Below, piece by piece: positions 24,163 to 35,099 of a stretch of DNA of 35,099 nt (positions are counted from its first letter, which is position 1; every line of letters begins with the position of its first letter). Under the pieces are notes generated by a model. It saw nothing but the letters and a program-made list of their open reading frames with translations. It had not been told where the DNA came from and searched no databases. Source of the stretch: Bigelowiella natans CCMP2755 (lineage: Eukaryota > Protista > Cercozoa); contig ADNK01000984.1 in NCBI GenBank assembly GCA_000320545.1, positions 1 through 35,099 of the forward strand. Direction: 5' to 3'. A program made the translations under genes and the position numbers.

Positions 24163-25318
24163 CTTCACCATCTCATCATCTAGATTTCAACTTGGGAATA
24201 AACTCAAAAGTCTCCTTGGAATTCGCCCCTCCCGAGTAAGTAAATAGATAGATATTTGTTCAAGCACAATCTCTTAAGAGTAGAGCCAAGAGAATACTAC
24301 TATTACTACTACTACTACTACTACTTCTATTAATGAGAGAGAAAGTGATACCACCTCACTACCATGATGATTACGACCGAAGCAGTGAGTCAGTCAGTCA
24401 GTCAGTCAGTCAGTCAGTCGCTTGTAGTAAGTAATAGTGTCAGTCAGTCAGTCGCTTGTAGTAAGTAATAGTGCTACTATGTGCTGATCAACTATTACTT
24501 TGCCTACCTACTACTGGCGTGTTTCTCTTCTGAGTCGTCATTATTGTTCCATTGTGTTGTTAAATCGTGTCATACAACAACTGCCTCTATGAAATATATT
24601 CTTTTCTCCATCACCACCACCACCATGTAACAACAACTGGTAATCTGATTGCAATTATTATTATTACTAAAGATCGAGCAATTGGTTGATGCATTTTCAA
24701 AAGATCTCGAGGTAGTCTTTATTTGTGCTACTATGTTCTTTTTTTGGATGATTGTATGAGTATTTCCTGATAATAATAATAATAATAATAGGAGAATGGC
24801 GGAAGATTCTTAAGACCTGGAAGGCATTTTAAGAAAACGTATGCGACACTTGAAAAAACATGGAATCAAGAGTGGAAGGAAAGGGTTGCAAGAGTTGAGC
24901 AGATTGCGGTAATAACTCGTTAGCAAAAGTAGCAGCAGCTTTAGAAATGATGAAAATAATAAAATGAGTGGTGTTCTAATGTAGGGACCTGACGTGTATT
25001 GGCCTACCGACTACAACATCTTCACTGACGAAGTAGATGAAAACGAGACCAAGTTTTGCAGAATGCAGATGCAAAACGATAATAATTCACACTGGTAGTA
25101 TATATACTACTCTTTTTATGATAATTGAATAGTTATAAAGAACAAGTGTAGAAGTGAGTGATAACGATGATGATGATGATGGTGATGAGCTCACATATAC
25201 ACGTCAGATGCCATATATCTAGCTTATTTTGTATGCTTTTGCGAAAAGAAAAGAAATGCAGCTAAGGAGTCTCATTCACCCCATCCACCCCGCCCGCGCC
25301 TCTCTCTGAATTATAAAC

Positions 25319-25354
<36 letters not shown>

Positions 25355-25487
25355 CTACGTGTGCGTGTGTGTGTGTATGTTTATAAAAGATAACAGCATT
25401 GCCACCATTTTCGGTACTACCACTTCTACTACTACTGCCAGCTGCTAGTTGCTAAAAAATGAGTTACTGTTTTTGTTTTGTTCATCT

Positions 25488-25523
<36 letters not shown>

Positions 25524-25784
25524 GCACTAACACAACATTCTTACTTACTCACTTACTTGCTAATAGGGGGACCTTAAACATATCGTATAACCCATTTGTT
25601 GCTACTTGGGAGAGTTTACGTGGAGAAGATGGAACAACGATGGTGAGAATCTTCGACTACCGGGTGAGTAATTACTTAGTAAAAATTGACTGAGTGGGAT
25701 GGTCAGTAATCACGTAGTTCAGTGAGTGGGTGCTGTATTTATAATGAGAATTAGTGAGTGTGTTTGTGTGTGTTTGTGTGTGTA

Positions 25785-25817
<33 letters not shown>

Positions 25818-26243
25818 GGTAGTGTGTTGGGGGAGATATCATGATGGGCTACTTACTCTCTTCTTCTTACATTTTATTTATATTCAAATGATCGCACCAC
25901 CACCACCACCACCACCACCACCATAAAAATCAATTATTTACATTACGAGTTTAATGGAATCTAATACTAACATATACCTGCACACAAAAATGAGTTTAAT
26001 GGAATCCAATGCTAACAACTACAGGAGGCCGCTCTGTTGGACGAGTTGCTATATCTTAATTGCGAGGATATCCCTAACAACGAATTGCTCAACAAGTAAT
26101 TAGATGATGATGATGAGGTGGATGAGGATGGGGATGAGATCAGATGATAAGAAGATCAAAAAGAGGCTGATACTACGAGGGATATGTTACGACATTGTAT
26201 AAAAAGAACAATAACGTCAACAATAAGAATACTTACTACTACT

Positions 26244-26279
<36 letters not shown>

Positions 26280-26389
26280 GCACGCTCCTGAAACAAGCTG
26301 CCACAAAACCTGGCAAGGACGGCAAGAAGCTCAAAGGCGGGCGTCTTAGAGAACGGGTATGATGCTCATGAGCAGCAACTAGAATCAAA

Positions 26390-26459
<70 letters not shown>

Positions 26460-26826
26460 ACCATGATTATGTACAACTATGAAAAGAGCACCACTCACTG
26501 AGCAGTATTAAATAATATGTCTTCTGTCCTCCTCCTCCCCCTCCCCCTCCTCTTCCTCTCTTATCAAAGATTCTAGCTCAACGGAAAATGAGGCTCAAGA
26601 TCAGGTCTCTGCACGGGCAGGAGATTTCTCTCAAACTTGATAATATCGAGAAAACTACCGGTATTTATGATGAAAATGAATTATTATCGTTATTGTCATT
26701 ATTAGTTTTATTATTACAATTATCACTTCTTTTGCAACTGATCATGTAGTATCATCAATCACGTTACACAGATATCATGATGATGATGATGATGATATCA
26801 TATGTTGATTCTTTCGACCGGCCCAG

Positions 26827-26857
<31 letters not shown>

Positions 26858-26961
26858 GTTGTTGTGGTTGATTCTTTCGACCGGCCCAGCACTACTACTA
26901 CTACTACTACTACTACTGTTGTTGTGGTTGATTCATCGACCGGCCCAGCACTACTACTACT

Positions 26962-26995
<34 letters not shown>

Positions 26996-27075
26996 TGTTG
27001 TTGTGGTTGATTGATCGACCGGCCCAGCACTACTACTACTACTACTGATACTACTACTGTTGTTGTGGTTGATTC

Positions 27076-27109
<34 letters not shown>

Positions 27110-27624
27110 GGTGGTGGTGGTGGTGCTACAAGGTACATTCTACGTCTCTGAGGATACTCCAACAACTGTCCAAAATAAAACCACTCCAAGGGTGGAACGG
27201 TCATACTCATAATCAGAATCATGATATTGAGAAGAAGAAGAAGAAGAATAAACAGAAGAATCATGATGATGATGATAATTTCTACGAATACCTACTTCTC
27301 TATACGTTAGAGAATATGAGAGAGAAAGAGAGGGTATTATATATTATAAATCCTCTTCCTCCTCCTCCTCCTCCTCCTCCTCCTCCTCCTAGACTGTTAC
27401 CATGGGACCAAAGGGGCAAAATGGATCATATCAAGATAAGGTAACAACACCAACAACACTGCTGCTGCTGCTGCTACTTCAAATGTGTGCTGCTGCTGGG
27501 TTTAGTTGTCAATTTACCATCGCGAGAAGATTATGTATGTGTGTATGATGATTGTTGTGTCCTCCTCCTCCTCCTGTTGTTTGTCTGTTTCTTTCTTTCT
27601 TTCCTTAAATGTAATCAAATAATA

Positions 27625-27659
<35 letters not shown>

Positions 27660-29681
27660 CATGAGGGTGAGAAGCATCACCATCGTCATCATTATCATCA
27701 TCATTATCATCATCCATATGTTGTTGTTGTTGTTGTTATTGTTGTTGTTAGGCTTCAGAATCTCGGATTTAACTATGAGTTACACGTCGAGGGGAAAACG
27801 TTTGGGAAGAAGAAAGGGAGAAATAAGTTGAAGGCTGAGAAAGAAATGAAGATAAAATCCAAACACCTTGACAATCCAGAGCACAAAATAGTCTCACAGC
27901 TCGATTTTTTGGGTATTATTACCACTACTACGTCGTCTACTACTGCTACTACTCTACTCTACTACTACTAGCACTAATAATGAATAATAGTAATAATCTA
28001 GATCATCATAAGCAAATAGCATTTTTTTCTTCTTGGTCGAATGAAAAGATAATAAAACATAAAAATCAACAGCCCTATCTTGAGCTCAATGTTCATCTAT
28101 TTTATGCAATCTGTCTTCTTCTTCTTCTTCTTCTTCTTCTTCTTCTTCTTCTGCTCTTTCCTCAAGGCCGAGCTCAAAAGAGATTTGAAGCAAAGAACAA
28201 GAAGGGGGGTTACAGTGATAGTGTTAAACTGAATTCTATCGAAGAAGATGTCAAGAAATGGACCAATGTATGTATGTATGTATGTATGTATATATAATGA
28301 TCAAGAACAATAAGAGAACAAAAAGGGGGAAGGGGATTAGAATTATTGAGCATAGTCGTAGTCGTAGTCGGTGGATATCGTAGCGATGAAGATCATAGCA
28401 TACTGATGATGATGATGATGATGATGATTATGAAATGATTTTAATTCTACTTCTACTACTATTACTACTTACTACTGCTACTACTACTTGTTTTATTCAT
28501 TGTTAATTATATAAAAAACAACACGACTGTCTGACAATATATCAGGTGGAGGAGGCTTATCTGAAGAAGGTTCGTTGGGACAAAATCAAGCTGCAGAAGG
28601 CTTTAGAGGCTAGAAAAGAGAAGGTTAGTACTACTTATTTGCTGCTGATGCTAGTGCCTTGATACATCGTAATAGTAGTAGTAATGATAAAGATGATAAT
28701 GATAATGACATTGATGATGATGTGGGTTGTAGGATATTACCTCTCTTCACCACAACACCACCATCGTAACTATTGTTGATCGCTATTGATTTGTACTAGT
28801 TGAGTAAACATGATGTGTCGTTGCTACCTTCCTTCTCCATACCAACAACCTTACACTGCTAGTAAAAATTGCTAATAACAATAATAACAATAATAATAAT
28901 AATTGTACTTGCTGATGATAGATCCTATCGTACAAATTCCACTGGGAAATATTCGAGGAAATGACCAACATACCTATCACTAGCACAAACGTGAGTGATG
29001 AGATGACTTGATAGCACAGATGATTGGAACACCTTCTTGAAGAAGTGAAGACGATGAATTTATTTAAAACCGAAATAAGACAAAAATAATAATGGCACAA
29101 TTATGATTATGATTATTATTATTATGATCATTATGCTTATAATTATTATTATGATATAATTTTGAGGTGCATGAGCTGTTACTATCATCATCATCATCAT
29201 CATTATTATTATTACATCATAATTCTCAGGTCCATGAGCTGGTGGAAGTTCTCAAGGAAAGGCTATTGAGGATAGGTAGTAGTAGTAGTAGCAGTAGTAG
29301 TGTATGTAGTTTTCTTAGTTGTAAGTAGTAGTGTTATTTGCCAATTACATCATATATAATATCAACGACGACTAAATGTGTAGACGACAACAACTATAAA
29401 TAGAAATAGGAGTAGAGTATTTAGTAATCTAAGATATCATTTCTTGGTTTGTTTCTAGTTGTTCTCTAGCGGTCCTCTTTCTTGAATTGTTGTTCTCATA
29501 CTACTCGTTTATATATTTTAAATATCACGACTATACTCCTCGGTGACTGACTGACTCACTCACTCACTCAGGGGATAAGAGTCTCTATACACGTATGTTT
29601 GAGCAATGTTTCATGATGAAGCAACTGCGTCGTGTTTTTGGCAGGTGCTGCTACAAGTGGTGGTGCTGGTGCTGGTGCTAG

Positions 29682-29712
<31 letters not shown>

Positions 29713-30786
29713 AGTTGTTTAGGCTAATAGTAGTAGTAGAAATGTCAATTAACGAATTATAAAGGGGGCATTTATTTCTATTTACTATCGACTGTTTTTT
29801 GATTCAATAATTAATAAAAGGCTAATAAATCTCAAGAAGATTCACGAGAAATGGTGGTTCGTCTTCTGGTTCCATCACCGGGTGATCATGATCATGATGA
29901 TGATGATGATGATGATGATGATAATTATCAAGTCACAACAGAACAACTAAAATATATCTCACCACCAGCACCAACTACTAACTTAACTTACTCCTCCTAT
30001 TCATTCATCATATGGATTGCTGTTGATGATTCTAATCGTTAGATTCTTCAACTTCGAATCTGCGACTCTTCTGATATCCCCAAGGAGAAAGTTCTTTTAG
30101 ATCCTGCAAAGTAGTAGTAGTACTTACTTATTGCTTGGTTCATGAATAGCAAACAGAACAATAGCAGCCTGCCTCGAAGTGATGATAGAAAGCCATCAAT
30201 TTGTAGTACAAAACAATACATTACATATGTGTATATAATAATAATAATATATACATATATATATATACTATCATTTGTAGGACCCCTTTCGATAAGATTC
30301 CTTGGTTGCAACACGAGAAAACGGTGGTGTAAAACCTCCTCCTCCCCCCCCCCCCCTACCTACTGTGCCTGTTCCACACCAGTCTCAACTTATATAGATA
30401 TAATATTGATGCATCATGTAAATCGAAATGCTTTAAGTATATGGTAATATCTCGTAATAGCAAGGTTAAATTCTCACACTTGACAAATGATTCTTGAATA
30501 CAAATAGAAAATAATTGACCAATAACCAACCACCACTGATCATAATACTGATGCTATTATAATTATTGTTGTTGTTATTGTTGATGTTGTTGCTGATGGA
30601 TCATTATCATCATCATCATCTTCATCATCATCATTAGATTGACAGGCAAGCTCTGACCCATATTTACGAGAAGTATATACAAAACTTTTACAAAAATCTT
30701 CGAGTACCAGCTGGAGAAAAATCGTGGGAAATTCCATCTGTTAAAGTGGAAGTAGAAAAAATTGCTGAGACGGTGCGTTCCATGGC

Positions 30787-30821
<35 letters not shown>

Positions 30822-30920
30822 AGTGTTACGCTGTGCCTTTCTTGTTTTCTTTCTTTTTTTCTTTCTCTTCCTAAACGTTAGTTCTACTATTTCATCATCA
30901 TCATCATCATCATCGTCATC

Positions 30921-30962
<42 letters not shown>

Positions 30963-31617
30963 GATTGAAAAATACAAGACCGAAAACGATGTGTACGACT
31001 TCAAGGCTAAGTATAAGATGCATAGTGACGGAAAGTGGTCAAAGGTGAGGAGGAGGAGGAGGAGGAGTGTGAGTCTTTCTATTTTGCGGCGATAGCGTGT
31101 TATTGTTGTTGTCGTTGTTATTGTGTTGTTGTTGTAGTAGTTGTTGTTATCACGTTGGATGTCCGTTCGAGTGTTCATTCGTTACCATTTTTACCATTTT
31201 AAGTTTATACACTTCTTGTCTATTGCGACAACTATCATAGTGATAGTGATGATGATGATGATTGATGATGATGATGGTAGTTATTGTTATTATTTATATA
31301 ATTTTCCTTTCAAAATATATCATCCATCATCATCACTTTCTTCTCCCTCCCTCCCTCCCTCCCTCCCTCCCTCCCTCTCTCCCTCCCTCTCAACAGCGGG
31401 TGGTATCCAAGGGGAAGATCCGAGAGGAGATAGTTGAAATAGAACTCGTAAAGCGCATCATCCCGGAGCGTCTACTAGAGGAGTACTTTGGTATTGATGG
31501 AAGAACACGATTGGAATATGCCTCTGCGAAATCTGTTGCAGTTGAGAATCTTAGTATTGCTGATCGTATTCAGGTGATGATGATTGATCATAGTGTGTCT
31601 GTCGACGGTGTATAATA

Positions 31618-31662
<45 letters not shown>

Positions 31663-31940
31663 CTATGTATGTATGATGTTTATGCATCTCTTGCTTGGTC
31701 TCAAAGCTACTGCTATGTGTGTTTTTGTGTAGTTGATGAAAGTCGTCATTATTATAATTATTATCATCATCATTACTATTTATTATCTATAAATTATTAA
31801 TATTATTATTAATACTACTAATAATAATATACTTGCTGCTTGTAACAGGCTGAGTTAGAGAAAACCAACATGGAAGATGACTATGTTGATCCTGAATTCG
31901 AGGACGATGGCGAAGGCTTTGATGGCAGCAGCACGAGAGT
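21460..31940 (+). CDS. Very large multi-exon gene (about 30 short exons), uncharacterised protein ending in an acidic segment
   Basis: Largely phase-compatible exon chain: PWPKIDILIFLLEEISEEHPQ (~22048), VLQKWPDLDEDFNNIVG (~23822), ENGGRFLRPGRHFKKTY (~24792), GPDVYWPTDYNIFTDE (~24985), EAALLDELLYLNCED (~26025), VEEAYLKKVRWDKIK (~28546), IEKYKTENDVYDFKAK (~30964), AELEKTNMEDDYVDPEFEDDGEGF (~31849). The start may lie near 21150. Confidence 0.75.
26804..27075. repeat. Intronic minisatellite of 4 units, each containing a variable (ACT)n tract
   Basis: gttgatt...tcgaccggcccagc-(act)n-gttgttgtg repeated four times. Confidence 0.95.
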
Positions 31941-32716
31941 AATAATAATAAGGATAATCATAATCATCATCATAATCATCATCATCATTAGTTGTCACCA
32001 ACAGTTAATTTACATTAGCTGGTACTACTACGGAGACTATGATAGCTAATTACATATCATAACGCATGATATACTACAAATGACAACAATAACATTGATA
32101 TTAGCAAAATAAGAATAGAGAGGAGGAAGGTAGTCGTTGTAGCTAATTAATCCTATTAATAGTGTATTATTATCCATAACCAGTATATCTCATCTTCGGA
32201 AATGAAAGCTAAAGCAGCAGCAGCAACAGGAGGAAGTGGGGGAATATTGTGTGCCTTGGGGAGGTAGTAATTATCGATAATAATAATAATAATAATAATA
32301 ATAATATGCCATATGTCTGTGCCTTGGGGGGGAGGTAGTTGTAATTATCAAATATATGCCAGCATATGTCGACTCTAATTGTCATATTTCTGCTTCTTCT
32401 TCTTACTATTATTATTATTAATATTCTTCCGGATTGCTATCTTTCTCTCTTTATATTTTATGATGGCGTCTGCTGCTGCTCTGCATGGTTCATATGTCTA
32501 TTGCTAAGTACTACATGCTGAATAATACTTGACGATATCTATGAGCGAACGACGTTTCGCTTTGGTTTGCATTTCATCGAAGAAGACTGATTCATCAGCA
32601 GCATCCAACAGCAACCCATTTTTCTTGATTTGATTACTGTTACTACTATTACTTCTACAACAACAACTACTACTGCTGCTACTACTAGTTACTAATGTAA
32701 TATTATGTATGGTCAG

Positions 32717-32838
32717 ATCACCGGTCGCCTCGAAATCATCATTATCAGCCCGTATTCCTGGGCCTAACGCAAAGCAAAGAACAACCACCACATGGAAAGC
32801 CTCTCCCCTTCCTATGGGTGGGTAGTAATTGTACATAG

Positions 32839-32871
<33 letters not shown>

Positions 32872-33737
32872 GCGTGTATGCATCCATCCTGCCACTGCTT
32901 AGATGATAGATAACGAGGAGAGGGTAAAACCCAGTTTTCCAAACGATTTTTTTTTCTTTAGCATCAACACTAAGGAATCATATGAGATGTTGTTGTTGCT
33001 GCTGCTGTTATCGTTATTGTTCAGGAGAGAGACAATAGAATATACTATCATCCCTGTGCAACAACATGTATAATTATATAGGAAAATCAAAAGCATCATC
33101 GTCTCGTCGTGAGTCAAAACGCAACGGTAAGAAAACAAGCCGCAACAGTTGTGTACCGTGCCAGCCTGGAAGAGGTGAGCTAGCCTGCTGCAGCTTTTTG
33201 TCATCACAGTGATGAAACACTTGCAAGAGTAGTAGTGCCTTTGTTTATGATAAAGGAGGGGGGAGGAGGAGGGATGATGGATATTAGATGCTACCATTAC
33301 TTTCGAGAGGAGAGGGAGAGGCTAACTATCGTCGTACAATATAACGCAATAATGACCACAGTCGCTAATCATATTCTTTATGCTCAAGCATGAGTGACGG
33401 GTCGGTGAATCATTGGTTTGAAATCTTTCATTCATCATGTTATTACATATTCTCAGAGTTGAAAACTATTCACGAAAACGAAGAGAATGAGGATGAGGAC
33501 GAGGATGAGAGATTAGATGGAGAAGACGAGGACGAGGAGGAATATGACGAAGATGAAGATTACGATGAGGATGAAGATGAAGATGGTTCCGATTATGATG
33601 AAGATGAGGATGAGTATGAGGAGGAGGACTATGACGAGGATGAAGATGAGGAATATGCAGAGGAAGAAGGGAGTTTTCACTCAGAAGATGACAAGGAACT
33701 CAGTGATCAATCCACACAACAGGTACAGCTGCAGTGA
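32717..33737 (+). CDS. 3' exons of a protein with an extreme D/E(Y)-rich tail (separate gene or end of the preceding gene)
   Basis: Phase-1 chain: ~32717-32817 (SPVASKSS...SPLPM), 33082-33174 (GKSKASSSRRESKRNGKK...), 33458-33737 (ELKTIHENEENEDEDED...QVQLQ*). Confidence 0.65.
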
Positions 33738-34400
33738 GATGCTGATTCTTCAACATTCATCCTGTTGCTTAATGCGTAAATGACAGTGATTTTTTTTATT
33801 TTTTGTCAGAATGGCGATTGTGTAGTTAGTTAAAAAGTCAGCTCTGAATGCCGGCCTGGGCTATGTGCTCACACAAAGTCTGACAATGGTTAAGCGACAT
33901 GGAGGACTTGAGATTAATGAGACCTGAAAACAAATCGCAGTCTGCTTCATGGCCAGTCACCTCAAACAGCATGCATGTGAAATTGAGATGTTTGATTGAA
34001 GATGTGGATGGTATTTGGATCACAAAGGAAGTGTGGATCACGTGCTTCGCAGCTGCTACTTCACAGACAGGCACAGAGGCGGTGCAAGTGTGTGTCATGC
34101 ACGTTCTGCCTGCTTGTCTTCAATTCACATTTGCAACAGGAATGTGAGACAACCTAGCAATGCCAAATCGAATGCCCTGTTGCCAAGTTGTCCAGAAGTT
34201 CATGTGTGCACGTGTCGTGCGTGATGCATTGTGCAAACGAGGGGAGTGTCCAACTGTGCTGGAGCAAGCTAGGCCCTCACATTGCGTGCAAGCACGCACA
34301 GCATGACATGCATGGCGCTTGAATGATTGACAAATGCTGTGCGCTGTGTTGCACCGCGCGCACGCGGCATGCAATCGAAGGAACATCCGTGCGAATAGCA

Positions 34401-35099
34401 TTTTAGCGGACTAGCGGTAGCTGTTTGGCTTTTGTGCGCGGGACTGTGCTGTTGATGTTGGAAAGTCAACACGCGGTCTCGTGTGCTTTTGGATTCTGAT
34501 GATGACTTGTGACTTGCGCTGCACGCATGTGCGCATTGGGTTCCGGCGCATTCGCGAAGATTCTCGAATCTTCCAGAATTCTCTCGAATTCTCTCGAGTG
34601 TTTCTGGAAGGTTCTCGAAGCTTCCGGAATGTTCTCGAAGATTCTGGAAGTTCTGAGAACTTCCATGCGCATGTGCGCAGCGCAGCGTGCAGCACGAGTG
34701 GACGTGCGCATGCTGCGACAGCTCCTTGATCGTGGGTGGCGCGGCCAGACCGCTGACACGCCCCCATGGACGTGGTGACCACGATCAGAGTGCTGATGTG
34801 CACGTGCCATTTCTGCCATGGTGACAGAACTTTTGCACGGTGCTGCACATGGACGCCATTCCCAAAGGTTTCGGAGTCCGAATGGTTGGCAATGTTTTGC
34901 CGACCAAACATCGCACCACCAGACGCCCAAAAACTCTGTGCAGAGGCACAAAATTCCCAGGCTTGCAACTGGGCAAGGTGCCATGGGCATGGTGCACTCC
35001 GAAATCGGCAGGAAAAATTCTTGCCTGACTGGCAAGGTGCCACCATTTCGGTACGAACTGGGACTTGTCCAAAAATTAATTTTTTTTGAACGACACCAG
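34401..35099 (-). repeat. Right copy of the long inverted repeat (cut off by the window end)
   Basis: Reverse complement matches 3092-3846. It is about 56 bp shorter, mainly because it has fewer decamer units. Confidence 0.95.
34551..34650. promoter_or_regulatory. HSE-like TTCnnGAA array in the right repeat (about 10 units, one 1-bp register shift)
   Basis: ttcgcgaaga ttctcgaatc ttccagaatt ctctcgaatt ctctcgagtg t ttctggaagg ttctcgaagc ttccggaatg ttctcgaaga ttctggaag. Confidence 0.6.

Larger units (their letters stand above)
14360..33010. repeat. Dense microsatellite field (ACT/TAG, ATC/GAT, AAT, CA, CT, TA, CCT, CTT, CAGT, GATT), mostly intronic
   Basis: Visible directly in nearly every intron of the two long genes. 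Confidence 0.97.

Noticed and set aside
6053-25990. Short local duplications (about 6053-6135, 19938-20020, 21927-22010, 24405-24472, from 25948)
   Set aside because: Ordinary intronic slippage duplications with no further structure.
26570-26660. Ubiquitin-like N-terminal strands (MRLKIRSLHGQEISLKLDNIEKTT)
   Set aside because: The following exon does not continue a recognisable ubiquitin fold, and the match is too short to call.
26804-27075. CRISPR-like repeat-spacer appearance (also 4190-4980)
   Set aside because: The spacers are microsatellite or mutually homologous, the context is eukaryotic, and there are no cas genes.
15337-33297. Dozens of short poly-L/V/T/H/CV ORFs in the ORF track, including minus-strand 32504-33297
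   Set aside because: These are translations of intronic microsatellites or antisense shadows of real exons.
2917-35099. Polinton/Maverick, endogenous virophage or giant-virus insert (size and long TIRs would fit)
   Set aside because: The interior consists of intron-rich eukaryotic genes, with no pPolB, packaging ATPase, capsid, protease or integrase motifs and no dense intronless ORFs.

Overview
Eukaryotic genomic DNA with GT-AG introns and no prokaryotic features. A signal-like leader ending in MLRGG hints at an alga with a complex plastid (chlorarachniophyte/cryptophyte-like), but that is inference. From left to right: a minus-strand exon; a 5'-truncated Ty1/copia element with uninterrupted RT-RNase H, PPT and probable 3' LTR; then a block of about 32 kb bracketed by ~700-755 bp inverted repeats (3092-3846 and 34401-35099, the right copy running off the window). 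The block holds spliced host-like genes and no recognisable transposase: a UVR-motif protein, a GT32 (OCH1/SUR1-like) glycosyltransferase, a DHHC-family S-acyltransferase reading GHHC, and two very long genes with microsatellite-filled introns. Three signals stand out. (1) Both inverted repeats carry long, phased TTCnnGAA arrays matching the heat-shock element consensus. (2) The repeats have almost no TpA, with CA/TG/CG in its place, suggesting repeat-targeted A:T->G:C hypermutation that spares genes and the copia. (3) The layout could be a giant cargo-carrying TIR element. All exon models were read by eye, so boundaries are approximate.
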